Shown here piece by piece: positions 1-6,882 of a DNA stretch of 26,438 nucleotides; within the stretch, counting starts at the first letter, position 1; every line of letters begins with the position of its first letter. The stretch is taken from positions 1 through 26,438 of IMG/VR virus record IMGVR_UViG_3300017784_002410; one strand, written 5' to 3'. Under the pieces are notes generated by a model. The model did no database searches. It saw only the letters and a list, made by a program, of their open reading frames with translations, and had not been told where the DNA came from. Origin of the DNA: a virus. Taxonomy: Duplodnaviria; Caudoviricetes. A program made the position numbers and the translations under genes.

Positions 1-136
1 CAAGTATAGAAGTGGACAACTCACCAGAGTAGGTGTAAAAACTAAATCAAAGTAAACGCAAACGACTCACAGTTCGCATTGGCAGCCTAAACGCTGACTA
101 GGGTTCGGTAGGTTCCTCGTAACAGAATACCTACCA
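1..136 (+). ncRNA. ssrA: tmRNA, 3' part (coding piece), probably circularly permuted two-piece type; 5' part lies outside the window
   Basis: 58-90 reads GCA AAC GAC TCA CAG TTC GCA TTG GCA GCC TAA = ANDSQFALAA*, a typical SsrA tag. PK1-like pseudoknot upstream (CACC 22-25/GGTG 32-35; loop AGT 28-30/ACT 41-43). Stop codon lies in the loop of a CAGC/GCTG hairpin. Terminal hairpin GGTAGGT 107-113/ACCTACC 129-135 with a CGTAACAGAA-containing loop. Confidence 0.9.
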
Positions 137-162
137 AATTTATTTAAATAAAAGGAGTTTTA

Positions 163-699
163 ATGAGAAAATTAGCAATCGCAACTTTGGTTGTATTAAG
201 TGTATCCGCATATGCTGGTGATACCGTTACTGTTGAAGGTCAACGTATCAACAACGCTGGTGCAGCTGCACAACAACAATATGTTTTGGGTGTTAAGAAA
301 GATTTCGGCAAATTTGCCGGTGATGTATCTTTTGCAAATGCACAAACCGAAGGCACAAATGTTTTGAGCACACGCTTAGAAGCAGGCGCAACAGTAGCAG
401 GTCCAGTTGGATTGTATGCTCGTACTGCTATTGGTCAAAAATATAGCAATACAGCCGACTTCAACTACTACTCAGTAGAACCAGGTTTTACTGCACCAAT
501 CGGTGCTGGTTTAACTGCTAAAGTTGGATATCGCTGGCGTTCTGCTTTTGCTACTACAAACGGTGACCAAACACATACAATGCGTTATGCCGTGTCTTAT
601 GCTTTGAATAAGACTGATGCAATTGCAGTTAAATATGACCGTGTTCAAGGCGATAACAACCAGAAAGTTGTCGCTGTAGCATACACAGTAGGTTTCTAA
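163..699 (+). CDS. Outer-membrane beta-barrel (porin-like) protein with signal peptide
   Basis: SD AAGGAG upstream. Sec signal MRKLAIATLVVLSVSAYA, amphipathic alternating strands (YVLGVKKDF, LTAKVGYRWRS, MRYAVSYAL) and C-terminal strand ending in Phe (VAVAYTVGF). Confidence 0.8.
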   Translation: MRKLAIATLVVLSVSAYAGDTVTVEGQRINNAGAAAQQQYVLGVKKDFGKFAGDVSFANAQTEGTNVLSTRLEAGATVAGPVGLYARTAIGQKYSNTADFNYYSVEPGFTAPIGAGLTAKVGYRWRSAFATTNGDQTHTMRYAVSYALNKTDAIAVKYDRVQGDNNQKVVAVAYTVGF

Positions 700-702
700 T
701 AG

Positions 703-710
703 CCTAAATA
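703..710 (+). promoter_or_regulatory. T4-type late promoter candidate (CCTAAATA)
   Basis: Intergenic TAAATA core; the same CCTAAATA recurs at 2939-2946; gp33 late co-activator is encoded nearby. Confidence 0.5.
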
Positions 711-728
711 AATTATCCATTACTGGAT

Positions 729-764
729 TGTGGTTGAGGCAACCACATTAAAAACCTCAACACA
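729..764 (+). promoter_or_regulatory. Structured RNA leader (H-type pseudoknot or two-state hairpin) upstream of ORF 789
   Basis: TGTGGTTG 729-736 pairs with CAACCACA 740-747; GTTGAGG 733-739 pairs with CCTCAAC 755-761; A-rich linker TTAAAAA between. Confidence 0.55.
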
Positions 765-788
765 CTTTACACATCACAGGAGAAAATT

Positions 789-1067
789 ATGTCCATGTCA
801 CCATTTGAAATCCGTCTTGAACTTTTAAAGATGGCAAAAGATATGCTTACAGATGACTACTTTGGTCAACGTGAGATGATATCAAATAACTGGCAAACCG
901 AAATCGAAAATTCTCGATTAAAAGGTGAAACACCACCTAAACATCCAGGTTTCCCAGACTTTCCAAGCGAATCAAAAATTATTGAGAAAGCAGCAGCCCT
1001 CAATGGATTCGTTTCACAAACCACTCCAGCACCTGAAGTAAAAATTACAAGAAAATCTAATTCATAA
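789..1067 (+). CDS. Small phage hypothetical protein (FEIRLELLKMAKDML N-terminal helix)
   Basis: SD AGGAG, 92-aa ORF that fills the gap between neighbouring genes; N-terminal motif recalled from T4-like aquatic phages; function unknown. Confidence 0.8.
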   Translation: MSMSPFEIRLELLKMAKDMLTDDYFGQREMISNNWQTEIENSRLKGETPPKHPGFPDFPSESKIIEKAAALNGFVSQTTPAPEVKITRKSNS

Positions 1068-1075
1068 TTGGAGAT

Positions 1076-1091
1076 GACGGCTTCGGCCGTC
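1076..1091 (+). promoter_or_regulatory. Intergenic C(UUCG)G tetraloop hairpin (mRNA stability/processing or weak terminator)
   Basis: GACGGC-TTCG-GCCGTC perfect 6-bp stem; no U-tract follows; lies just before the SD of ORF 1109. Confidence 0.6.
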
Positions 1092-1108
1092 CTTAACAAG
1101 GAGACAAG

Positions 1109-1621
1109 ATGTTAAGAAATTTACTATTGTTAATAGTATCTCTGTTAGTCTACACGACAACATTATCAACAGAATTCGTTAATACAGTTTCAAAGAAACA
1201 AGTATCACAAGAATATAACAAACAAGTAGAATGTCTTGCTAAAAACATTTATTGGGAATCGGCATCAGAATCTTATGAGGGTAAACTTGCCGTAGCACAG
1301 GTCACAATGAATCGTGTAAACTCTGGAAAGTTTCCATCTGATATATGTTCAGTTGTTTACCAGAAAACAGTTAACCGTGATTCGAGAACTGTATGCCAAT
1401 TTTCATGGACTTGCCTATTCAACGGTAAGAAAGAAAAAGACAGATATGAATGGGAACAGTCCCTAATGATTGCTAAAAGAGCCTTGACAGAACCATTTCT
1501 ACATGATATAATAGCACAAACGAACGCATTATATTACCATGCAGTTTATGTAACACCTGGATGGCCAAAGGCCAGAGTTGTTAAGAAAATAGGTAACCAC
1601 ATTTTTTATAGTACGATTTAA
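1109..1621 (+). CDS. SleB/Hydrolase_2-family cell-wall hydrolase with N-terminal signal or membrane anchor
   Basis: Motifs CLAKNIYWES, GKLAVAQVTMNRV, FPSDICSVVYQ, CQFSW, ALYYHA, IGNHIFY; hydrophobic N-terminus. Confidence 0.9.
   Translation: MLRNLLLLIVSLLVYTTTLSTEFVNTVSKKQVSQEYNKQVECLAKNIYWESASESYEGKLAVAQVTMNRVNSGKFPSDICSVVYQKTVNRDSRTVCQFSWTCLFNGKKEKDRYEWEQSLMIAKRALTEPFLHDIIAQTNALYYHAVYVTPGWPKARVVKKIGNHIFYSTI
1484..1512 (+). promoter_or_regulatory. Sigma70 consensus promoter inside the hydrolase gene
   Basis: TTGACA (1484-1489), 17 nt spacer, TATAAT (1507-1512), with extended -10 TG at 1504-1505; about 110 nt upstream of gp33. Confidence 0.75.
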
Positions 1622-1622
1622 T

Positions 1623-1844
1623 ATGCCAACCCGTGATGAGATAAAAGACTTTAGTATATTGATAGAAAAAATAGCATTAGATGAAGGCATAGGCCTCATG
1701 GATGCTATTTGCTATCATTGTGAAAATACAGGATTAGAAATTGAAGTGTCTGCTACTTTAATATCTTCAGCACTTAAAGCAAAGATAAAAGAAGAGGCAC
1801 AAGATAATAATATGTTAAAGAAAAGTTCCAAACTACCGATATGA
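1623..1844 (+). CDS. 33: Late-promoter transcription co-activator gp33
   Basis: 73 aa with FS..IE.I, MDAI.YHCE...LEIE, LIS..LKAKIKEEA...NMLK; position next to gp59 and gp32 as in T4-like phages. Confidence 0.85.
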   Translation: MPTRDEIKDFSILIEKIALDEGIGLMDAICYHCENTGLEIEVSATLISSALKAKIKEEAQDNNMLKKSSKLPI

Positions 1845-2455
1845 ACGACAACACAGGCTTCGCAGCCTATGCTTTGTGGAATAGTTTAAAGCTGCATTTT
1901 ACATCCGATTCTTATGATTATATTAAATACAATGGTAAGACCAATGTATCTAAGCAATCATTCACCACACGTAAAGACAAATACCAATTCTATAAATTGT
2001 CCCGCAAATACGATTTGGAAGAATTAAAAAACTTCTATATTGCCAATTTTGTTGCCGGTAATGCCGAATGGGTTGGTAATCTCCTACAAGACGGTGAGGA
2101 GATTTATAAAAAGTGGCAAAAAACTCAACAGAGCTTGACTTATACCTTTGACAATGATATAATATATTTGTTCGATACAATAGATGGTGACTATGATGAT
2201 ATTCTAAAACCAGTTAATGGTGATTGGCCAATGATTGTTACTAACTTAATGAAGAAGAAAGTCACTTTAGAATCAGTTTGTATATTGGTTGAATTGGTTG
2301 GTTGTATGTCAAAGTGGGAAAAACAGATTACAGAAGATATACTCTGGCCACCAATACACAGAATGATTAAGAAATACACACCGTTTATTGAATATGACAA
2401 AGATAAATTTATGAAATTGTTGAAAGAGAAGATTAAAAATTATGATACGGCCTAA
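1841..2455 (+). CDS. 59: Helicase loader gp59
   Basis: LKLHF...YDYIKYNGK...F..RKDKYQFYKLS motif; 204 aa; ATGA overlap with gp33. Confidence 0.9.
   Translation: MNDNTGFAAYALWNSLKLHFTSDSYDYIKYNGKTNVSKQSFTTRKDKYQFYKLSRKYDLEELKNFYIANFVAGNAEWVGNLLQDGEEIYKKWQKTQQSLTYTFDNDIIYLFDTIDGDYDDILKPVNGDWPMIVTNLMKKKVTLESVCILVELVGCMSKWEKQITEDILWPPIHRMIKKYTPFIEYDKDKFMKLLKEKIKNYDTA
2135..2163 (+). promoter_or_regulatory. Sigma70 near-consensus promoter inside gp59
   Basis: TTGACT (2135-2140), 17 nt spacer, TATAAT (2158-2163), with extended -10 TG at 2155-2156. Confidence 0.65.
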
Positions 2456-2933
2456 GATTAGTTCTATCTATTTGGATATGGATGGTGTTATTGCTGACTT
2501 TGAAAAGAGATACTCTGAAATATTTGATATCTCACCAAAATTAACTCGCAATGAAAAAGAATTCAAAGGTTACTTTGACAAGTTTATTGCCAATAATGAA
2601 TTTATGAATTTAGATTTAATGCCTGAAGCAATGGAAGGTATAGACTTCTTACGCAAGGCACCTGTACCTACACAAATACTATCATCTACTTCCGATGAAA
2701 AAAATTATGATGCTATATCAAAACAAAAGTTGATATGGTTAGAGAAACATGGAATAACATTCCATCCCCTATTTGTACCTGGAAAAAGACACAAGTACAA
2801 ATATGCCGCCACAGACAGGATTATTATTGATGATACCAAAAGTGTTATCACTGATTGGATTAAGGCAGGCGGCATCGGTATACTTCACAAAGATTGGCCA
2901 ACAACCTTGGCTATTTTGCGATTATACGTATAA
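2442..2933 (+). CDS. HAD-superfamily 5'(3')-deoxyribonucleotidase (NT5C-like)
   Basis: IYLDMDGVIADF (motif I), ILSS, K..WL, IIIDD (motif IV), W..AGGIGILH. Confidence 0.85.
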   Translation: MIRPKISSIYLDMDGVIADFEKRYSEIFDISPKLTRNEKEFKGYFDKFIANNEFMNLDLMPEAMEGIDFLRKAPVPTQILSSTSDEKNYDAISKQKLIWLEKHGITFHPLFVPGKRHKYKYAATDRIIIDDTKSVITDWIKAGGIGILHKDWPTTLAILRLYV

Positions 2934-2938
2934 AAATG

Positions 2939-2946
2939 CCTAAATA
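2939..2946 (+). promoter_or_regulatory. T4-type late promoter candidate upstream of gp32
   Basis: CCTAAATA in the intergenic region; a TATAAT also lies at 2953-2958 without a good -35. Confidence 0.5.
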
Positions 2947-3012
2947 CTACTATATAATGACTAATTTGAAAATAATCCGTTTATACTCCGTTATACTAAG
3001 AAAGGAAACACT

Positions 3013-3897
3013 ATGAGTTTCGCAAACCTCAAACGCCAATCTGGCAACCTCGACAAATTATCTAAAGCAATCGAGGCACTCTCCCAATCATCCGAAGGTG
3101 GTTCTGATAAATCAGACAATTACTGGCGTCCAGAAGTGGACAAAGCTGGTAACGGTATGGCTGTTATCCGATTCCTACCTGCCTCTGAAAAAGATGGCGA
3201 AGATGGTCTCCCTTGGGTCAAAGTCTTCTCTCATGGATTTCAAGGTCCAGGTGGTTGGCTAATCGACAACTGTTTGACAACCAAGAACAAACAATGTCCT
3301 GTGTGTGAACACAATTCATCATTGTGGAATTCTGGCATTGAAGCAAACAAAGATGTTGTCCGTAAACAAAAACGTAAGTTGAATTATATCGCTAACGTGT
3401 ATATCGTTTCGGATCCTAAGCACCCTGAAAACGAAGGACAAATTAAATTGTTCCGTTTCGGTAAGAAAATCTTTGATAAGATTACTGAAGCAATGAATCC
3501 TGCTTTTGAAGATGAACAAGCAATCAATCCATTTGATATGTGGAAAGGTGCTAATTTCAAATTGAAGATTCGTAAAGTTGAAGGCTATCAGAACTATGAC
3601 AAGTCTGAATTTGATTCTCCATCAGCATTGTCGAAAGATGATGATGAGTTGGAAAAGATTTGGAAGAACGAACACTCACTACAAGAACTGGTGGGTGATA
3701 AAGAGTTCAAGTCATATGATGACTTGAAGAAACGCCTTGACAAGGTTCTCGGTTTGAATGGTGAAGCACCAAAGACAACTGTAGAACAAGTGAAAGCAAA
3801 AGAGTTTGCTGCTCCAACTAAGGCCAAAGAGCCTGAATTGGTAACAACAGATGATGATGACTTAGCTTACTTCTCTAAACTCGCTGAAGAAGAATAA
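3013..3897 (+). CDS. 32: Single-stranded DNA-binding protein gp32
   Basis: DKAGNGMAVIRFLPA, Zn ligands H..C..CPVC, KRKLNYIAN, PENEGQ, GKKIFDKI, GANFKLK, NYDKSEF and acidic C-terminal tail. Confidence 0.97.
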   Translation: MSFANLKRQSGNLDKLSKAIEALSQSSEGGSDKSDNYWRPEVDKAGNGMAVIRFLPASEKDGEDGLPWVKVFSHGFQGPGGWLIDNCLTTKNKQCPVCEHNSSLWNSGIEANKDVVRKQKRKLNYIANVYIVSDPKHPENEGQIKLFRFGKKIFDKITEAMNPAFEDEQAINPFDMWKGANFKLKIRKVEGYQNYDKSEFDSPSALSKDDDELEKIWKNEHSLQELVGDKEFKSYDDLKKRLDKVLGLNGEAPKTTVEQVKAKEFAAPTKAKEPELVTTDDDDLAYFSKLAEEE

Positions 3898-3925
3898 AAG
3901 TCTTTAACTTTTCTTGAAGGCTTTT

Positions 3926-3949
3926 GACCCCGCTTCGGCGGGGTTTTTT
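3926..3949 (+). terminator. Rho-independent terminator with UUCG loop
   Basis: GACCCCGC-TTCG-GCGGGGTT followed by a T run, downstream of gp32 at the convergent junction. Confidence 0.9.
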
Positions 3950-3954
3950 ATTGG

Positions 3955-5292
3955 TTAAACAACTCTTGTTGAATTTAATATCATCCGTTGGAATGTAGGT
4001 TCATCATTTCTAACTCCAGGTATTGGTAGACTGGAACTTTCACCCCGTTGTTGGTTCTTTTGTATGTTTGTTACTGTAGTACCTCTATCAGATGGTTGTT
4101 GAGGTAACTTCATTTCCAAATTCTCAGAGTTTACCGCATTAAACTTTTGACCTGTACTCGTTTCTCCACCAGACATAGGTGCGGCCATTGGTGCTGAAGG
4201 TGCTGGTGATGGCGATTCGCCACTAGAAGCAGGCGGCTCAGTAGTCGCTGGTGGTGCCGCTGTTGATGCATTCGGAACAGGAGTAATTGTTTTCTTTGTA
4301 CCATCTTCATTGTAATATGGACCAAAATTTTTATCCCAATATTCCAATTTATTTTTTCTAGCCAAACCTTTACCTGCATATTGTTCTCTAGGTATAACTT
4401 TATCTGCCATTCCTTCGCCAGCAGGACGTTGTGGTGGAATTTCATATACTTTTTCATCTTTTGTTATGGCCTCAACTTTAGATTTACCACCCATGGCCAA
4501 TAAAGCTTTTTCTTTTTCTGGACCTTCAGGCATAGCTAGAACAGCTTGAGCATTTGTTTTGCCATTTTTTACGATATTCTCTAATTGTTCTCTTGTATAT
4601 CCTAATTTTTCAATATCTCTATCACTACCTGTTAGAGCATTTGCCGCTTCTTCCGGACTAACAGCTTTCATGTTTGGAGTATTTTTATTTAATTCATCTA
4701 GGCCAAATTTTAAAAGAGCGGCCAAAGATGTGGCAGCCAATATGGCTATACCAACAGGATTAAACAAGAAAAATCTACCAACTTGAAATAAAATACCAGC
4801 TACACTTTTTAAATCCGATAACACACCGAGCATATCACCAAGTAAACCTGGATTATCATTTTCTTCTTTTACTTTCGTGGCGGTTGGTGCACGGCCTACA
4901 CCATTCAATCCTTTTATGGTTTTTAAAAATTCATCATTTTGTTTCTTTTTCTCTATATCATTTTCTTCTCTGAATTGATTTTGTTTTTCTACTGATTTAA
5001 GTTTATCTTCATAAGAATTTTTAAGTAGATTGTGTATAGCCATTAATGAAGTCATCACACCGTCTTCAGATTTTATTATTGGTATCTTTGTTGCCTTTGA
5101 GGTATCTTTGGCAAGCTTGTTGGCTGGTGCACCACTTTGTTTGAAAGTTTTTTTAACTACATCATCTGTAAACCATCTATCATTACCTAAAGTTTGAGCC
5201 AACAGCCGTGCAAAAGAAACAACATCCATTCTCGTAGCAATTTGCTTCGTGAAATCGGATACTTTTGGTTTATTTGTTTTTTTAGTTGCCAT
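3955..5292 (-). CDS. Tape-measure-like/tail-associated protein with coiled coil, hydrophobic segment and P/A/S-rich linker
   Basis: 445 aa, downstream of gp26/gp51; charged helical N-half, hydrophobic VAGILFQVGRFFLFNPVGIAILAATSLAALL. Function inferred from position. Confidence 0.55.
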   Translation of the reverse strand: MATKKTNKPKVSDFTKQIATRMDVVSFARLLAQTLGNDRWFTDDVVKKTFKQSGAPANKLAKDTSKATKIPIIKSEDGVMTSLMAIHNLLKNSYEDKLKSVEKQNQFREENDIEKKKQNDEFLKTIKGLNGVGRAPTATKVKEENDNPGLLGDMLGVLSDLKSVAGILFQVGRFFLFNPVGIAILAATSLAALLKFGLDELNKNTPNMKAVSPEEAANALTGSDRDIEKLGYTREQLENIVKNGKTNAQAVLAMPEGPEKEKALLAMGGKSKVEAITKDEKVYEIPPQRPAGEGMADKVIPREQYAGKGLARKNKLEYWDKNFGPYYNEDGTKKTITPVPNASTAAPPATTEPPASSGESPSPAPSAPMAAPMSGGETSTGQKFNAVNSENLEMKLPQQPSDRGTTVTNIQKNQQRGESSSLPIPGVRNDEPTFQRMILNSTRVV

Positions 5293-6690
5293 TTATTGAT
5301 TTTTCTTTCTCTCATAAGGATTCGTATCATCGGATCCTCCGCCACCACCAGATGAAGGAGATGTTTTCGTATTCTCGTATGTATTATTTACATTGATTGG
5401 TGCTGGTTGTTGTGCATTGGCATCAGCTTTTAAGTTTCTGTTTGTAGTTGAAGCTTGGTCAATTTGATTACCAGTATTTAATTCATTTGCATATACAGCA
5501 GCTAAAGCTTTTCTTTGTTCTCTAGATTTCATATCAGCGCCGCCGACAGTTTCATTAACAACATCTATCTTTTCATAATCTTCAACATTAAGTTTTCTTT
5601 CCGATAATTTCAACTTAAAGAAAGCCGGAACAATTTTTGCTGCTATTTCAGGTTTGTTTGCAAAATCTGGATTACTAACCAAATCCTCACCAATTAATTT
5701 ACCAACACGGTTATACATATCTTTACCGGTGATTTGTATAAATCCTCTACCACGGTATTTGTATCCGTCACCAGGAGACGTATTACCCATTCTTCCATCA
5801 TATACTTTATTAAAATAGGCTTCAGGACCTGCTGACACAATATCTTTAGCGTCTTGTAATGTTGGAAATCTTACGGTATTTCCACTTGCATTGAAAACTA
5901 ATTCACCCTTCTTATTTTTTCCTACTGCTGGACCACCAAACATTGAAAATATTTTTTCCGGTCTTGGAATTTCTTCAGTTCTAGGATTAAAATTAGATTC
6001 TTTTTCCACATTGGCCATAATATTGGCTTGTGTTTTTGTTGGGTAACCAGCAGCAACTAATGCACTCAAAACTAAACCTTTTGTACCAGATAGAACTACA
6101 GGCGGAATCTTTGTAGCAGTCGGTAATTGAGGTGGAGGTTTAACTGGTGTTGTCGTTGTTGCTGGTTGTGTGGTTGTTGCTGGTGCTTGACCAGTCGTTT
6201 TTGCTGGTGCTTGAGTTGTTGTTGCTGGAGCTTGCTGTTGTGTTGCTGGTTGTCCAGTTGTTTTTGTTGGTGCTTGACTAGTTGTTTTTGGTGGTTGTGT
6301 GGTGGGAGCTGGTGCTTGACCAGTCGTTTTACTTGGCGCAGAAGGTTGTGGACTAGACTTTTCTTCTTTTATCTGCTGTTTTTGTTTTTCTTCTTCTGGT
6401 GGTTTGCGTTTGAGTCTCCTAGGTTTACCACGTAAAGCCTTAATCAGTTTTTGATTTCTATCAGTCTCTTCCAGTTGTGATATCTGTAAATCTACTAATT
6501 GTTTTTTGTTTTGTAGTTTATCAAAGGCGTCTATTCTCTTTAGTATGACAAAGATTTGACCAAGAGCCTCATCCATCGTGGACATATCTCCACCACCTGC
6601 AGATGATGTACCAATGCGAGAAATACCCTTAACACTATCTGTCGTTAAAGGTGATATCTTCTTCTCTACTTTATCTTTGGATTCTTCCAT
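5293..6690 (-). CDS. Tape-measure-like/tail-associated protein with GH19 (lysozyme-like chitinase/muramidase) domain
   Basis: ANIMANVEKES, YDGRMGN..PGDGYKYRGRGFIQITGKDMY...G..IGEDLVSNPD is the GH19 signature; N-terminal coiled coil; T/Q/P/A linker. Confidence 0.8.
   Translation of the reverse strand: MEESKDKVEKKISPLTTDSVKGISRIGTSSAGGGDMSTMDEALGQIFVILKRIDAFDKLQNKKQLVDLQISQLEETDRNQKLIKALRGKPRRLKRKPPEEEKQKQQIKEEKSSPQPSAPSKTTGQAPAPTTQPPKTTSQAPTKTTGQPATQQQAPATTTQAPAKTTGQAPATTTQPATTTTPVKPPPQLPTATKIPPVVLSGTKGLVLSALVAAGYPTKTQANIMANVEKESNFNPRTEEIPRPEKIFSMFGGPAVGKNKKGELVFNASGNTVRFPTLQDAKDIVSAGPEAYFNKVYDGRMGNTSPGDGYKYRGRGFIQITGKDMYNRVGKLIGEDLVSNPDFANKPEIAAKIVPAFFKLKLSERKLNVEDYEKIDVVNETVGGADMKSREQRKALAAVYANELNTGNQIDQASTTNRNLKADANAQQPAPINVNNTYENTKTSPSSGGGGGSDDTNPYERKKNQ
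6140..6345 (-). repeat. Low-complexity (K/T)TT(G/S)QAP(A/T) peptide repeats in the linker
   Basis: Exact 23-bp repeat GCTGGTGCTTGACCAGTCGTTTT at 6179-6201 and 6308-6330 plus several degenerate copies. Confidence 0.85.
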
Positions 6691-6693
6691 TTA

Positions 6694-6882
6694 CTATTTT
6701 CTTTGTCTTTCTTTTATCTTCTGATTTTCTTCTTCAATATACGAAATCAACAAAGATATGTAAATATCTCTTTCCCAAGGCATCATGTTCTCAAGTTCTG
6801 TCAAACTGTACTTGTGATGCTGCATAAGACTGAAATTAGTCTTATAATAATTTTTCAAATTGTCATGCCGAAATATTAGACG
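6694..6882 (-). CDS. 51: gp51-like baseplate hub assembly catalyst (short form; absent from the ORF track); no good start codon, probably the -1 frameshift extension of gp26
   Basis: Minus-strand frame reads RLIFRHDNLKNYYKTNFSLMQHHKYSLTELENMMPWERDIYISLLISYIEEENQKIKERQRK*. NF.LMQHHKYSL.ELENM.PWER is the gp51 motif. First ATG (6825) lies inside the motif; TTG at 6858 has no SD. Confidence 0.85.
   Translation of the reverse strand, partial: RLIFRHDNLKNYYKTNFSLMQHHKYSLTELENMMPWERDIYISLLISYIEEENQKIKERQRK

Noticed and set aside
101-136. tRNA-like 3' end (GGTTCG...ACCA) suggesting a tRNA or one-piece tmRNA end
   Set aside because: No proper T-stem closes around TTCG; the segment instead forms the 107-135 hairpin.
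729-764. Assignment as a preQ1-I or SAM-II/V riboswitch
   Set aside because: Topology is similar but the conserved ligand-binding sequence is not recognisable and the downstream gene is unrelated; kept as an unassigned structure.
3896-3949. Bidirectional terminator for the convergent minus-strand operon
   Set aside because: The minus strand lacks a U-tract after the GC stem, and the neighbouring 3896-3925 hairpin depends on G-U pairs that form only on the plus strand.
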